64,000 nt of DNA from Candidatus Gastranaerophilaceae bacterium. Lineage in GTDB: Bacteria; Cyanobacteriota; Vampirovibrionia; Gastranaerophilales; Gastranaerophilaceae. The stretch covers positions 15,315 through 79,314 of the forward strand of contig JAZSRN010000053.1 in assembly GCA_045538535.1 (NCBI GenBank), in the 5' to 3' direction. This document shows positions 17,560-25,745 of the stretch, in pieces. The notes beneath the pieces are model-generated. The model was not told the origin of the DNA, ran no database searches, and saw only the letters and a list, made by a program, of their open reading frames with translations. The position numbers and the translations under genes were made by a program. Numbering within the stretch: the first letter of the stretch is position 1; every line of letters starts with the position of its first letter.

Positions 17560-18312
17560 TTAACCTTTTCTTATTTTTTCCATTTTTTCAATCAAGGTTC
17601 TTTCAATAATTTCATACTTTTCTTCAAAAGCACATTTTTTATTAATATTCACTTTAGAACCATATTTCATAGATTCATTGAACGCTAATGCTTCGTTAAT
17701 AATGGCATATCTAAAAAACTGCAAGGCATTTACTTGTTTTTCTTCCGGCATTGTTGCTAAAAACTTATTCAAACGATTTTCAAACCTTTTTTGCCAATTA
17801 AAAAGTTTATCTAATATTGAAATGCTACTATAAATATTTTTTTCAAAAAAGTTCGCAATAGGCTTATTAATAGAATTTACTCTTGCATTTATTTTTGGAT
17901 TTAAAAGACTTACAAATAAATGAAAAGTTTCATGCATAAGGAATTCACTATCGTATTTCTTAATTTTGTATTTATGATAACTTGTTGCACCGTCTTTGCT
18001 AGCTTTTACACCAAGATATAAATTATTTTTAAATCTATGAAAATAACCAAGTGTTTGTGAAGTCCACATATTAACAGGACGAACATCTAATTTAAAATTT
18101 TTTGGTATAAAGTTTTTTGAAAGAACGTATTTCATTTCCTCTATTGTCATAAACCCTTTTTTCATTTTTTCATTTGCTAATTGATAAAATTCAGCATTAA
18201 GTTCTTGGGCTTTTACAAGTCCAGATGTAACAGGGCCTTTAGGACCTACTATATTACGAACAATTTGAGATTTATTGGGGATAGTTTTTATCATGCTAAA
18301 CCTAAAACTCAT
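17560..18312 (-). CDS. Hypothetical protein (250 aa) with HExxH motif
   Basis: FLMHETFHLFV is a zincin-like HExxH. No signal peptide. The start codon is uncertain because no clear RBS is present. Confidence 0.45.
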   Translation of the reverse strand: MSFRFSMIKTIPNKSQIVRNIVGPKGPVTSGLVKAQELNAEFYQLANEKMKKGFMTIEEMKYVLSKNFIPKNFKLDVRPVNMWTSQTLGYFHRFKNNLYLGVKASKDGATSYHKYKIKKYDSEFLMHETFHLFVSLLNPKINARVNSINKPIANFFEKNIYSSISILDKLFNWQKRFENRLNKFLATMPEEKQVNALQFFRYAIINEALAFNESMKYGSKVNINKKCAFEEKYEIIERTLIEKMEKIRKG

Positions 18313-18371
18313 AAATTTTAAATTTTGACTAAATATTTACGATATTAAGTTTGTAAGTTGATTGAAACGCA

Positions 18372-18429
18372 ACAAAAATTATCAAGCTCACTGTTCTTTC
18401 TTCTCGAATCAAGTGTCAAAACACAGTGT
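18372..18429 (-). promoter_or_regulatory. Shared promoter box U, copy 2
   Basis: Aligned to 17218-17276. GATAAT lies at 18378-18383 on the minus strand. Confidence 0.5.
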
Positions 18430-18522
18430 ATCAGAAATTTTGACATAAAGTATCGCAAGTTTGACATATTAATCGGAAGTTTGTCGAATGTATTTTATAA
18501 TCCGGTATTTTAAAATCCTTAA

Positions 18523-18867
18523 ATGCAAAGAATTGTACGAAATACCTTGTTAAATTACATACCTAACAATTTCACTATAGAAAAAGAGATTAACACAGCA
18601 AGAGTTTATGAGCTTAATAATAAACCTATCAAAAATCACGATATAATTTACTTATGCGAAAGAGAAATTAGAGCAAAGGACAATTTTGCCCTACAATTTG
18701 CGATAGAAAAAAGCAAGGAGTCTGTAGGTTGGGTGAAACCCAACAAAATTTATCTACAAGTTGTCCAAAGAGATTATTTCGTTTTTTCTTCTAATTTATT
18801 TTTCATTTTTGCCGCCAAAGGAGTTGATACGGCAGGAGCTATTACTCGTTTTGCAATTATTGATTGA
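18523..18867 (+). pseudogene. Truncated duplicate of the photolyase 5' end (66 codons), then read-through into unrelated sequence
   Basis: 18511-18720 matches 20661-20870 with 7 mismatches. Homology stops abruptly at 18720. The remaining frame is antisense to ORF 18774-19430. Confidence 0.8.
18724..18746. repeat. Hairpin element GTAGGTTGGGTGAAACCCAACAA, an inverted copy of 16602-16624
   Basis: Its reverse complement matches 16602-16624 at 22 of 23 positions. It starts 3 nt after the photolyase-duplication breakpoint. Confidence 0.8.
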
Positions 18868-19430
18868 AGTACAATTGCTGTAAATGTACTAAGGCCATTT
18901 ATTACCATATTATAACGAGGCGTTTTTTCTAGAGGTTTTAATATTTTTTCAAATCCTTTTGTAATCTTATTCACAGACATAGGGCCTAATATAAAAGATA
19001 AAACTACCGTTGTTAGACATGCCATAACATCATATGAGCCCATAAATAATCGCTTTTCACGTGAATAATCAGGATTAGTAAAGGATTGAGATGTACTTAC
19101 AATCCCCGTCATTAAATCTTTCAATATATTACCAATAAGCACTGCATTAATTATCGTTTTTCCTAAATCGTTTGTTTTATGACCACCGACTTTGTTAAAT
19201 AATTTTGCAAATTTTTCAAAAATTTTTGTTATAATTTCATCTGTTTTTTTATGGAATTTGCTTGTTGATAGTTTTTTATCAAGCTCATTTTGAGCAAGCG
19301 TACATGTTTGTGCCGCTAATTCTTTTATTTGTTTGTAGTCTTCTAGAGAAGGTGTTTTACCTAAGCGATTTATCATTCTATTGACATTTTTTAATGATTC
19401 ATAAGAATTTATTGGAGGTATTTTATTCAT
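18774..19430 (-). CDS. Hypothetical membrane protein (218 aa)
   Basis: RBS GGAGGG. Hydrophobic segments in the C-terminal half. Overlaps the upstream ORF by 8 nt. Confidence 0.5.
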   Translation of the reverse strand: MNKIPPINSYESLKNVNRMINRLGKTPSLEDYKQIKELAAQTCTLAQNELDKKLSTSKFHKKTDEIITKIFEKFAKLFNKVGGHKTNDLGKTIINAVLIGNILKDLMTGIVSTSQSFTNPDYSREKRLFMGSYDVMACLTTVVLSFILGPMSVNKITKGFEKILKPLEKTPRYNMVINGLSTFTAIVLQSIIAKRVIAPAVSTPLAAKMKNKLEEKTK

Positions 19431-20526
19431 TTTTACCCTCCGTATTTTTGTTTAAATTTAACAATTTTACAGCTTTACCATGAATTACATTCAGAAATAT
19501 TCTGCTAAGAATAACTACCGTAACAATATTCATTGCTATTTTAGGTTTTATTTTCGCAAGTTCATAGTTCCCTACAGCATCTGCAATAATCTTAAATTTT
19601 TTTCTAACATAGTCTATATTTTCCGGTTTTATAATTCCTTGCTTAATTTGTCTTTCAAAATTCCGAACATAGCTTTCATAGGTTTCAGGTTCAAAAGCAT
19701 CGATAGTTATTAATTTGCGAGCATCATTTTCTGAAAGTATATCTTTTAACCCGCCTTTTTCTTGTGCCATATTCGTTAATTCGATAAATAATCGCTTCGC
19801 TTCATTAGGGTTATATTTAATATTTTCAAATTGATTTACCAAAATCTTTCCATGCTCTTTAATTTGCTCTCTAATTTCTTTTGTTTCAAATATATTATTT
19901 GAAAGAATCTTCGGCATATATACATTAAAAAGCTTATCAAAAGCTCCTTGTAAAGTAAAAGTAGCAAGAACCGACAACGGTTCTCTTATTATTACGTATG
20001 CTTTTTCATCCTTAGAGGATTCTTTTTTCCCTATAATGCTTGTTAATATTACAAGAGGCATAATAAAAAGTTTTCCGACAGAATTGATAAGGTTATTATA
20101 AAGTTCATCTCCCATTTTGGCTTTTGAATTTTGAAAACTCTGTCCAAGATTATATAACGTTTTGGTAAAAAATTTCTTAATTTTTCCTTGAGATTCAAGG
20201 AGTTTATCTATATTAGTTTCATCTTTAATCTTTTGGATATTTTCCAACTTTGAATACTGTTTTTCAATCCGTTTTGCTTTATTATAAATATATTCAGGAC
20301 TATGTGTTCTTAATATTCCAGTTTTATACGCAGCAAAACCAACGGCTGTCAACCATAACGATGTAGCCGTCACATCCGCAATTTTTTTTACATTATTATG
20401 TCCAGATTTTTGGTATTTGATTTCGTTTTTAGGTTCAATAAACCAATCGCGATGTTCAATATGTTTAACTAAACTTATATCATACATATACATAACAACG
20501 TTCATAAAAATAAATTTTGCTACCAA
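19423..20526 (-). CDS. Hypothetical membrane protein (up to 367 aa, start uncertain)
   Basis: Long K/I/N-rich ORF with TM segments near both ends. The TTG start at 20526 sits 2 nt from a TATATA box, so a downstream ATG (for example 20505) is more likely. Confidence 0.45.
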   Translation of the reverse strand: MVAKFIFMNVVMYMYDISLVKHIEHRDWFIEPKNEIKYQKSGHNNVKKIADVTATSLWLTAVGFAAYKTGILRTHSPEYIYNKAKRIEKQYSKLENIQKIKDETNIDKLLESQGKIKKFFTKTLYNLGQSFQNSKAKMGDELYNNLINSVGKLFIMPLVILTSIIGKKESSKDEKAYVIIREPLSVLATFTLQGAFDKLFNVYMPKILSNNIFETKEIREQIKEHGKILVNQFENIKYNPNEAKRLFIELTNMAQEKGGLKDILSENDARKLITIDAFEPETYESYVRNFERQIKQGIIKPENIDYVRKKFKIIADAVGNYELAKIKPKIAMNIVTVVILSRIFLNVIHGKAVKLLNLNKNTEGKNE

Positions 20527-20672
20527 CTATATAAAGTTAAACAAATTTATACGAGCATTTTTGCAACCGACACACTACAATACAGATAAAAAACTCAACA
20601 ATCTAACACTTTGACCTAAACATTAGATATTTAGTGAATATGTTTTTTTATTCTGCATTTTATAATCCTTAA

Positions 20673-21950
20673 ATGCAAAGAATTGTACGAAACACCTTAT
20701 TAAATTACATACCTAACAATTTCACTATAGAAAAAGAGATTAACACAGCAAGAGTTTATGAGTTTAACAATAAACCTATCAAAAATCACGATATAATTTA
20801 CTTATGCGAAAGAGAAATTAGAGCAAAGGACAATTTCGCACTACAATTTGCGATAGAAAAAAGCAAGGAGTTAGACTTGCCATTAAAAATAATTCATCCA
20901 AAGATTAATTATGAACACGCATCAAAACAAAGATTTATTGACAATCAAATAGAACAAGCAAAAACTCAATTTTGGGATATAGGTTTAGATTTTGAAATAA
21001 TCAAAAATACATCGCTTGAAATAATAAAAAATACAAATCCGGCTATTTTAATTGTTGATTTTAATCCGATTTTAAAAAGAGATTACTTAAAAAACACTAA
21101 TTGCAAGATTTATGAGATTGATGGCCATAATATAATTCCTACAAGATTTGTTTCAGACAAACAAGAATATAGCGCAGCGACTCTAAGAACAAAAATTTAT
21201 CATAAAATATATCCATTCTTAACCGAGTTTGACAATTTAATAACAGAAAAAGTAGAAGCAGATTGTGTTTTAGAAACTTTCATTAAAAACAAATTACCGT
21301 ATTATGCAGAATATAAAAATGACCCGTCAAAAAATGTTATATCAAGTTTATCAAAATATTTAAATCTAGGTTTTATTTCAAGTCAAAGAGTTGCACTTGA
21401 AGTTATAAAATCCGGAGCAAATAATATAAATAAAGAAACATTTTTAGAAGAATTAATTATTAGAAAAGAATTGGCAGATAATTTTTGCCTATATTCAAAA
21501 AGTTTTAAAGATTTTTCTTCAATTCCAAACTGGGCAAAAATCTCTCTTAATAATCACCGATTAGATATTCGCCCGTACCTATATTTACTCCAAGATTTAG
21601 AAAAGGCAAAAACACATGACCAATTATGGAATGCTGCGCAAATCCAATTGATAAAAGAAGGAACAATTCACGGATATTTAAGAATGTACTGGGCAAAGAA
21701 AATCTTGGAATGGAGCAGTTCACCAGAAGACGCTCTAAAAATAGCGATTTACTTAAATGATAAATATGCTTATGATGCACCATCTGCGAATGGTTATGTC
21801 GGAGTTTTATGGGCAATTGGAGGTTTACACGATAGAGCATTTGCGGATTATCCAATAACTGGCAAAATACGCCGAATGAGTTATAACTCTACAAAAAGAA
21901 AATATGATTTGTCCACTTATATAAACCACAACAATCGCAATTTATTTTAA
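20673..21950 (+). CDS. phr: Deoxyribodipyrimidine photolyase, class II-like
   Basis: C-terminal FAD-binding pattern IHGYLRMYWAKKILEW ... NGYVGVLWAIGGLHDRAF in a 425-aa protein. Confidence 0.8.
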   Translation: MQRIVRNTLLNYIPNNFTIEKEINTARVYEFNNKPIKNHDIIYLCEREIRAKDNFALQFAIEKSKELDLPLKIIHPKINYEHASKQRFIDNQIEQAKTQFWDIGLDFEIIKNTSLEIIKNTNPAILIVDFNPILKRDYLKNTNCKIYEIDGHNIIPTRFVSDKQEYSAATLRTKIYHKIYPFLTEFDNLITEKVEADCVLETFIKNKLPYYAEYKNDPSKNVISSLSKYLNLGFISSQRVALEVIKSGANNINKETFLEELIIRKELADNFCLYSKSFKDFSSIPNWAKISLNNHRLDIRPYLYLLQDLEKAKTHDQLWNAAQIQLIKEGTIHGYLRMYWAKKILEWSSSPEDALKIAIYLNDKYAYDAPSANGYVGVLWAIGGLHDRAFADYPITGKIRRMSYNSTKRKYDLSTYINHNNRNLF

Positions 21951-22751
21951 TTTTGAAAGATTTTCTATTCGTTGCTGAGGCGAAGGGTGCGTAGAAAAAT
22001 AATGAACAAACTCCGGAACATTATAATTCTTTTCCAGATAATTAAAAAACTCAACTGCCGAACGATTTGAACCATAACGCTTTTTAACATAATTGTTCGC
22101 AAAACTATCAGCGGACAACTCTTGTTCTTTCGAGTAACTAAGTTCAGTCAACCCTCCGGCACTATATGTCAATTGTCCAATACCGCTAGAAGAAGAACCC
22201 GCGGTTAAAGGGAGTGTCAACACTTGCCAAATTAGTTGTCTGCCTATACTCTTTAAATGATCGCGGTGACGATAATGCCCAAGCTCATGCGCCATTACAA
22301 ATGCCAACGCTTCATCGTTTTTAAGTTCTTTTAACAAGCCGGATGTCACTAAAATCGTCCCGTCCGGAGTAACCATAGCATTTACATCTTTTGATTCTAA
22401 CACGTATAACGGGAAATCATTTTTTGCTTGCAATACCTTATCATGCACAACAATTTCTTTTTTTATTTTCTCTAATTTTTTCAGCTCGTATTGATATTTC
22501 AAATCGTTGGTAAATCTGTTTTGCGCACGATAAAGACTTTCTAACTTAAATTGAGTTTTATAAGTCATTTTGTCAACCACAAAATTTGCAGCAAGACCGG
22601 ATACAACATACAACACCAAAATAATTGACAACACACTTGCGATTAGCCAACAAAATTCTTTACCGTCCGAAGTTTTTGAAATATTCACATTATCTTCAAG
22701 CATTGAAATATATCTAGCTTTTTGCATTTCGTAATCGGAATTATTTTTCAT
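21942..22751 (-). CDS. M48-family zinc metallopeptidase, membrane anchored
   Basis: AFVMAHELGHYRHRDH HExxH motif and an N-terminal TM. Confidence 0.8.
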   Translation of the reverse strand: MKNNSDYEMQKARYISMLEDNVNISKTSDGKEFCWLIASVLSIILVLYVVSGLAANFVVDKMTYKTQFKLESLYRAQNRFTNDLKYQYELKKLEKIKKEIVVHDKVLQAKNDFPLYVLESKDVNAMVTPDGTILVTSGLLKELKNDEALAFVMAHELGHYRHRDHLKSIGRQLIWQVLTLPLTAGSSSSGIGQLTYSAGGLTELSYSKEQELSADSFANNYVKKRYGSNRSAVEFFNYLEKNYNVPEFVHYFSTHPSPQQRIENLSKLK

Positions 22752-23196
22752 AAGTTATAGCAGTCCCATAAGCAATAACAGCAAGTCGCGGAATTACGTT
22801 CCCATTTGTGGATAAATCGGATAACATTGCTGATTCGATTTTTACATTAATAACCATATCTGCTTGGCGTGCTTTTTCACGCATTCTTAATATAGCTTCT
22901 CTTCTGCCTCTATCCATTAATGATTCAAATGTAGTTAATCTTCCACCAAAAACATTTTTAAAACTTGCAACAAAGTTCTTGAAATAATCGCCACTTACAA
23001 CAACTTCACCCGTAACAAGCTCAGATTTTGCAACCTTACGCTTTGAAGACCATTTTTTAATTTGAAAATTCACAACTGGCTTATTATATAAACGAATTTC
23101 TCTTTTTTTTAATTTTTTAAAATGACTTTTTTCAATAGAACTTCCGATAAAATAAGTTATCAAAAGAATTGAAACCAGTACTATTATATCAAACAT
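22741..23196 (-). CDS. YbjQ/UPF0145-like domain protein with N-terminal TM
   Basis: FKNVFGGRLTTFESLMDRGRREAILRMREKA parallels the neighbouring YbjQ protein. TM MFDIIVLVSILLITYFI. Confidence 0.65.
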   Translation of the reverse strand: MFDIIVLVSILLITYFIGSSIEKSHFKKLKKREIRLYNKPVVNFQIKKWSSKRKVAKSELVTGEVVVSGDYFKNFVASFKNVFGGRLTTFESLMDRGRREAILRMREKARQADMVINVKIESAMLSDLSTNGNVIPRLAVIAYGTAITYEK

Positions 23197-23214
23197 TTAT
23201 CGATTTCCTTAATT

Positions 23215-23553
23215 CTAAACCTCTGTAGCAACTGTTACCGGAACAACCGTAACCGCAGTTCCATAAGCATAAACCTCCGCAGCCCCAGCAGTAACCGCAG
23301 AAGTTGCAAATCGCACATTTATAACCGCATTTGCACCGAGTCTTTGAGCTTGATACTTCATCCTATCTATAGCTTCTTTGCGTGCTTCTTCCAAAAGTTC
23401 AGTATAACTTCTCAACTCGCCACCAACCATGTTTTTCATACTTGCACCAAAATCTTTAAACACGTTTTTAGCTCTAACTGTAGAACCTGAAACAACACCA
23501 TATTGATTTGTAATCTTCATTCCCGGAACTGATTCAATGTTTGTCAAATACAT
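23215..23553 (-). CDS. YbjQ/UPF0145 family protein
   Basis: FGASMKNMVGGELRSYTELLEEARKEAIDRM...GANAVINVRF. I prefer the ATG at 23553 (RBS GGAGG). Confidence 0.8.
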   Translation of the reverse strand: MYLTNIESVPGMKITNQYGVVSGSTVRAKNVFKDFGASMKNMVGGELRSYTELLEEARKEAIDRMKYQAQRLGANAVINVRFATSAVTAGAAEVYAYGTAVTVVPVTVATEV

Positions 23554-23625
23554 AATAACCTCCAACTGTATTCTTTATTAAGAATATAGCCAAAGCCACT
23601 TTTTAACATCAACAATATGATTGAT

Positions 23626-24993
23626 TTATACGTTATTACTGTACTTACTTAGAACTTCACACATACATTCGTGCGCAATTTTAACCACATAATCCATATC
23701 TTTACGTTCAAAAATCAATGGAGGATTAAAATAAATAACGTCACCAAGCGGCCTTAACAAAACGCCTTTAGTCAAGGCTAATTTATAAATTTGATAACCA
23801 ATGCGCAATTTTGAAGGAAAAGATTTTTTACTTTCTTTATCTTCAATAATTTCAATTGCATTTATCAATCCGATATTACGAACTTCTCCCACATTAGAAT
23901 TGTTTGCAAAAGTTTTTCTTATCAAATCATTAAAATAAATCGCATTTTCATTTGCTTGTTTTAGGATTTTACCATCTTCCATCATTTTAAGGACTTCAAC
24001 TGCTGCCGACGCTGCAAGAGGATTTCCGGCGTATGTATGACTATGCATAAATGCTTTACCTTTAACATAATCCGCATAAAAAGCGTCGTAAATTTTTTGC
24101 GTAGTAATCGTTATCGCCATTGGCATATAACCACCGGTCAACCCTTTTGATACACACATAATATTAGGGGAAACACCGGCATGGTCAAATGCAAACATTT
24201 TCCCTGTTCTGCCAAATCCCGTCGCAATTTCATCAGCAATTAAATGGACGTCGTATTTGTCGCAAAGCTGTCTCAATTTTGTTAAATACAAAGGCGGATA
24301 GACTTTCATACCTGCTGAACCTTGTAATAACGGTTCCACAAGGATTGCACAACAATCTTTTCCAAATTCCGCAAATACTTTTTCAGCATTTTCGAAACAT
24401 TCACATTTACAATCACATCGATCTTTATTGTATGGACATCTATAACAATCAGGCGCCGGCACCTTGACTGTATTGAGCAGAATGGGTTTATAAATCTCTG
24501 AATACAAATCAACCGCACCAACCGACAATGCTCCGATAGTTTCACCATGATAAGCATCCGTCAACGCCATGAATTTTGTTTTTTGTGTGTTACCAGTTTG
24601 TTGGTGATATTGGAAACTCATTTTCATAGCCATTTCAACCGATGAAGAACCATTGTCGGCAAAATTAAATTTACACAACCCTTTCGGAACAATTTTAGAT
24701 AATCTTTCACAAAGTTCTATCACCTTTTTATGTGTAAAATTTGCAAAAATAACATGTTCTAATTTGTCAATTTGTTCTTTTACAGCCTTATTTATTTGAG
24801 GATTACAATGCCCCAAAAGATTACACCACCAAGAACTGATGACATCTATATAACGATTACCATCAATATCGTACAAATAAACCCCTTCACCTCGCTCAAT
24901 AACAATCGGTGGCAAGGTCTCATAATCTTTCATTTGTGAGCACGGATGCCAAATATATTCTAAATCTTTTTCGACCCAATTCATATTTTCCAT
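23626..24993 (-). CDS. bioA: Adenosylmethionine-8-amino-7-oxononanoate aminotransferase
   Basis: Class III aminotransferase pattern (IADEIATGFGRTGKMFA, SHTYAGNPLA). Directly abuts bioD. Confidence 0.88.
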   Translation of the reverse strand: MENMNWVEKDLEYIWHPCSQMKDYETLPPIVIERGEGVYLYDIDGNRYIDVISSWWCNLLGHCNPQINKAVKEQIDKLEHVIFANFTHKKVIELCERLSKIVPKGLCKFNFADNGSSSVEMAMKMSFQYHQQTGNTQKTKFMALTDAYHGETIGALSVGAVDLYSEIYKPILLNTVKVPAPDCYRCPYNKDRCDCKCECFENAEKVFAEFGKDCCAILVEPLLQGSAGMKVYPPLYLTKLRQLCDKYDVHLIADEIATGFGRTGKMFAFDHAGVSPNIMCVSKGLTGGYMPMAITITTQKIYDAFYADYVKGKAFMHSHTYAGNPLAASAAVEVLKMMEDGKILKQANENAIYFNDLIRKTFANNSNVGEVRNIGLINAIEIIEDKESKKSFPSKLRIGYQIYKLALTKGVLLRPLGDVIYFNPPLIFERKDMDYVVKIAHECMCEVLSKYSNNV

Positions 24994-25677
24994 CTATAAC
25001 TCCTTAAAGATTGCAAGCAAAGCATCATTATCTATATTTATAACCGTTGAATTTTCCAAAACTTCAGCAAGAATTTTACACCCGGAAAGATTCGCTATTT
25101 GTAATTTATTATCTAATTCCATAAAATCAGAGGGATTATAATTATTTAAAATAAGACCTTCAATATGGATATTTTTATTCTTCAAATATTCAGTTGTCAA
25201 AACGGCTGAATTTATTGAGCCAAGCTTGGTGCCAGCAACCACGACGGCGCTAAGATTTAACGCTTTTATTACATCCGCAAGTAAAAGATTGTCTTCAATA
25301 TTAAATGGACAAACAACACCTCCAGCACCTTCAACTACTACATAATCATATTTTTTTGTGCGCACATTAAAATCCGAAACAATTTTTTCAAGTTTTATTG
25401 GATTTTTTTCAATCTTTGCCGCTAAATGTGGAGAAACAGCAGTTTCAAAAATGTACGACGCAAAGCTATTTGAATCTCCCTCAAGACCGGATACTAACTG
25501 AACATGTTCACAATCTCCGGCAACAAGTTTCCCATTTTTACGATAGGCACCACTCAAAGCCGGCTTATAATAACCGCAATTAAAACCTAATTCTCGCATT
25601 TTTTTTACAATAAGTGCGGATACATAAGTTTTACCTACATCGGTTCCAGTAGCTGTAATAAAAATACCTTTAGTCAT
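24994..25677 (-). CDS. bioD: Dethiobiotin synthase
   Basis: P-loop TATGTDVGKTYVS in a 227-aa protein, upstream of bioA. Confidence 0.88.
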   Translation of the reverse strand: MTKGIFITATGTDVGKTYVSALIVKKMRELGFNCGYYKPALSGAYRKNGKLVAGDCEHVQLVSGLEGDSNSFASYIFETAVSPHLAAKIEKNPIKLEKIVSDFNVRTKKYDYVVVEGAGGVVCPFNIEDNLLLADVIKALNLSAVVVAGTKLGSINSAVLTTEYLKNKNIHIEGLILNNYNPSDFMELDNKLQIANLSGCKILAEVLENSTVINIDNDALLAIFKEL

Positions 25678-25745
25678 AACTATAATTTTGCCATAAAAAA
25701 AAGAACAATACCAGTTGTATTGTTCTTTTTGAAATTATTTTAGTT

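Noticed and set aside
14693-20672. Chromosomal integron or gene-cassette array
   Set aside because: GTTGGGT and ACCCAAC fit the R' and R'' core consensus. However, the two arms are adjacent (3-nt loop) rather than forming a 60-140-nt attC. No intI-like tyrosine recombinase is present. At least two ORFs carry their own conserved promoter box, unlike typical promoterless cassettes. The idea is kept only as a remote analogy.
14620-20672. Classical tRNA-integrated genomic island or prophage
   Set aside because: I could find no integrase, no phage or conjugation genes, and no direct repeat of the tRNA-Ala 3' end at the far border.
20673-21950. Photolyase in an apparently anaerobic, rubrerythrin-encoding organism as an anomaly
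   Set aside because: Class II photolyases occur in diverse anaerobes, and lifestyle cannot be inferred from 64 kb. It is interesting only because its 5' end is the duplicated border of the variable block.
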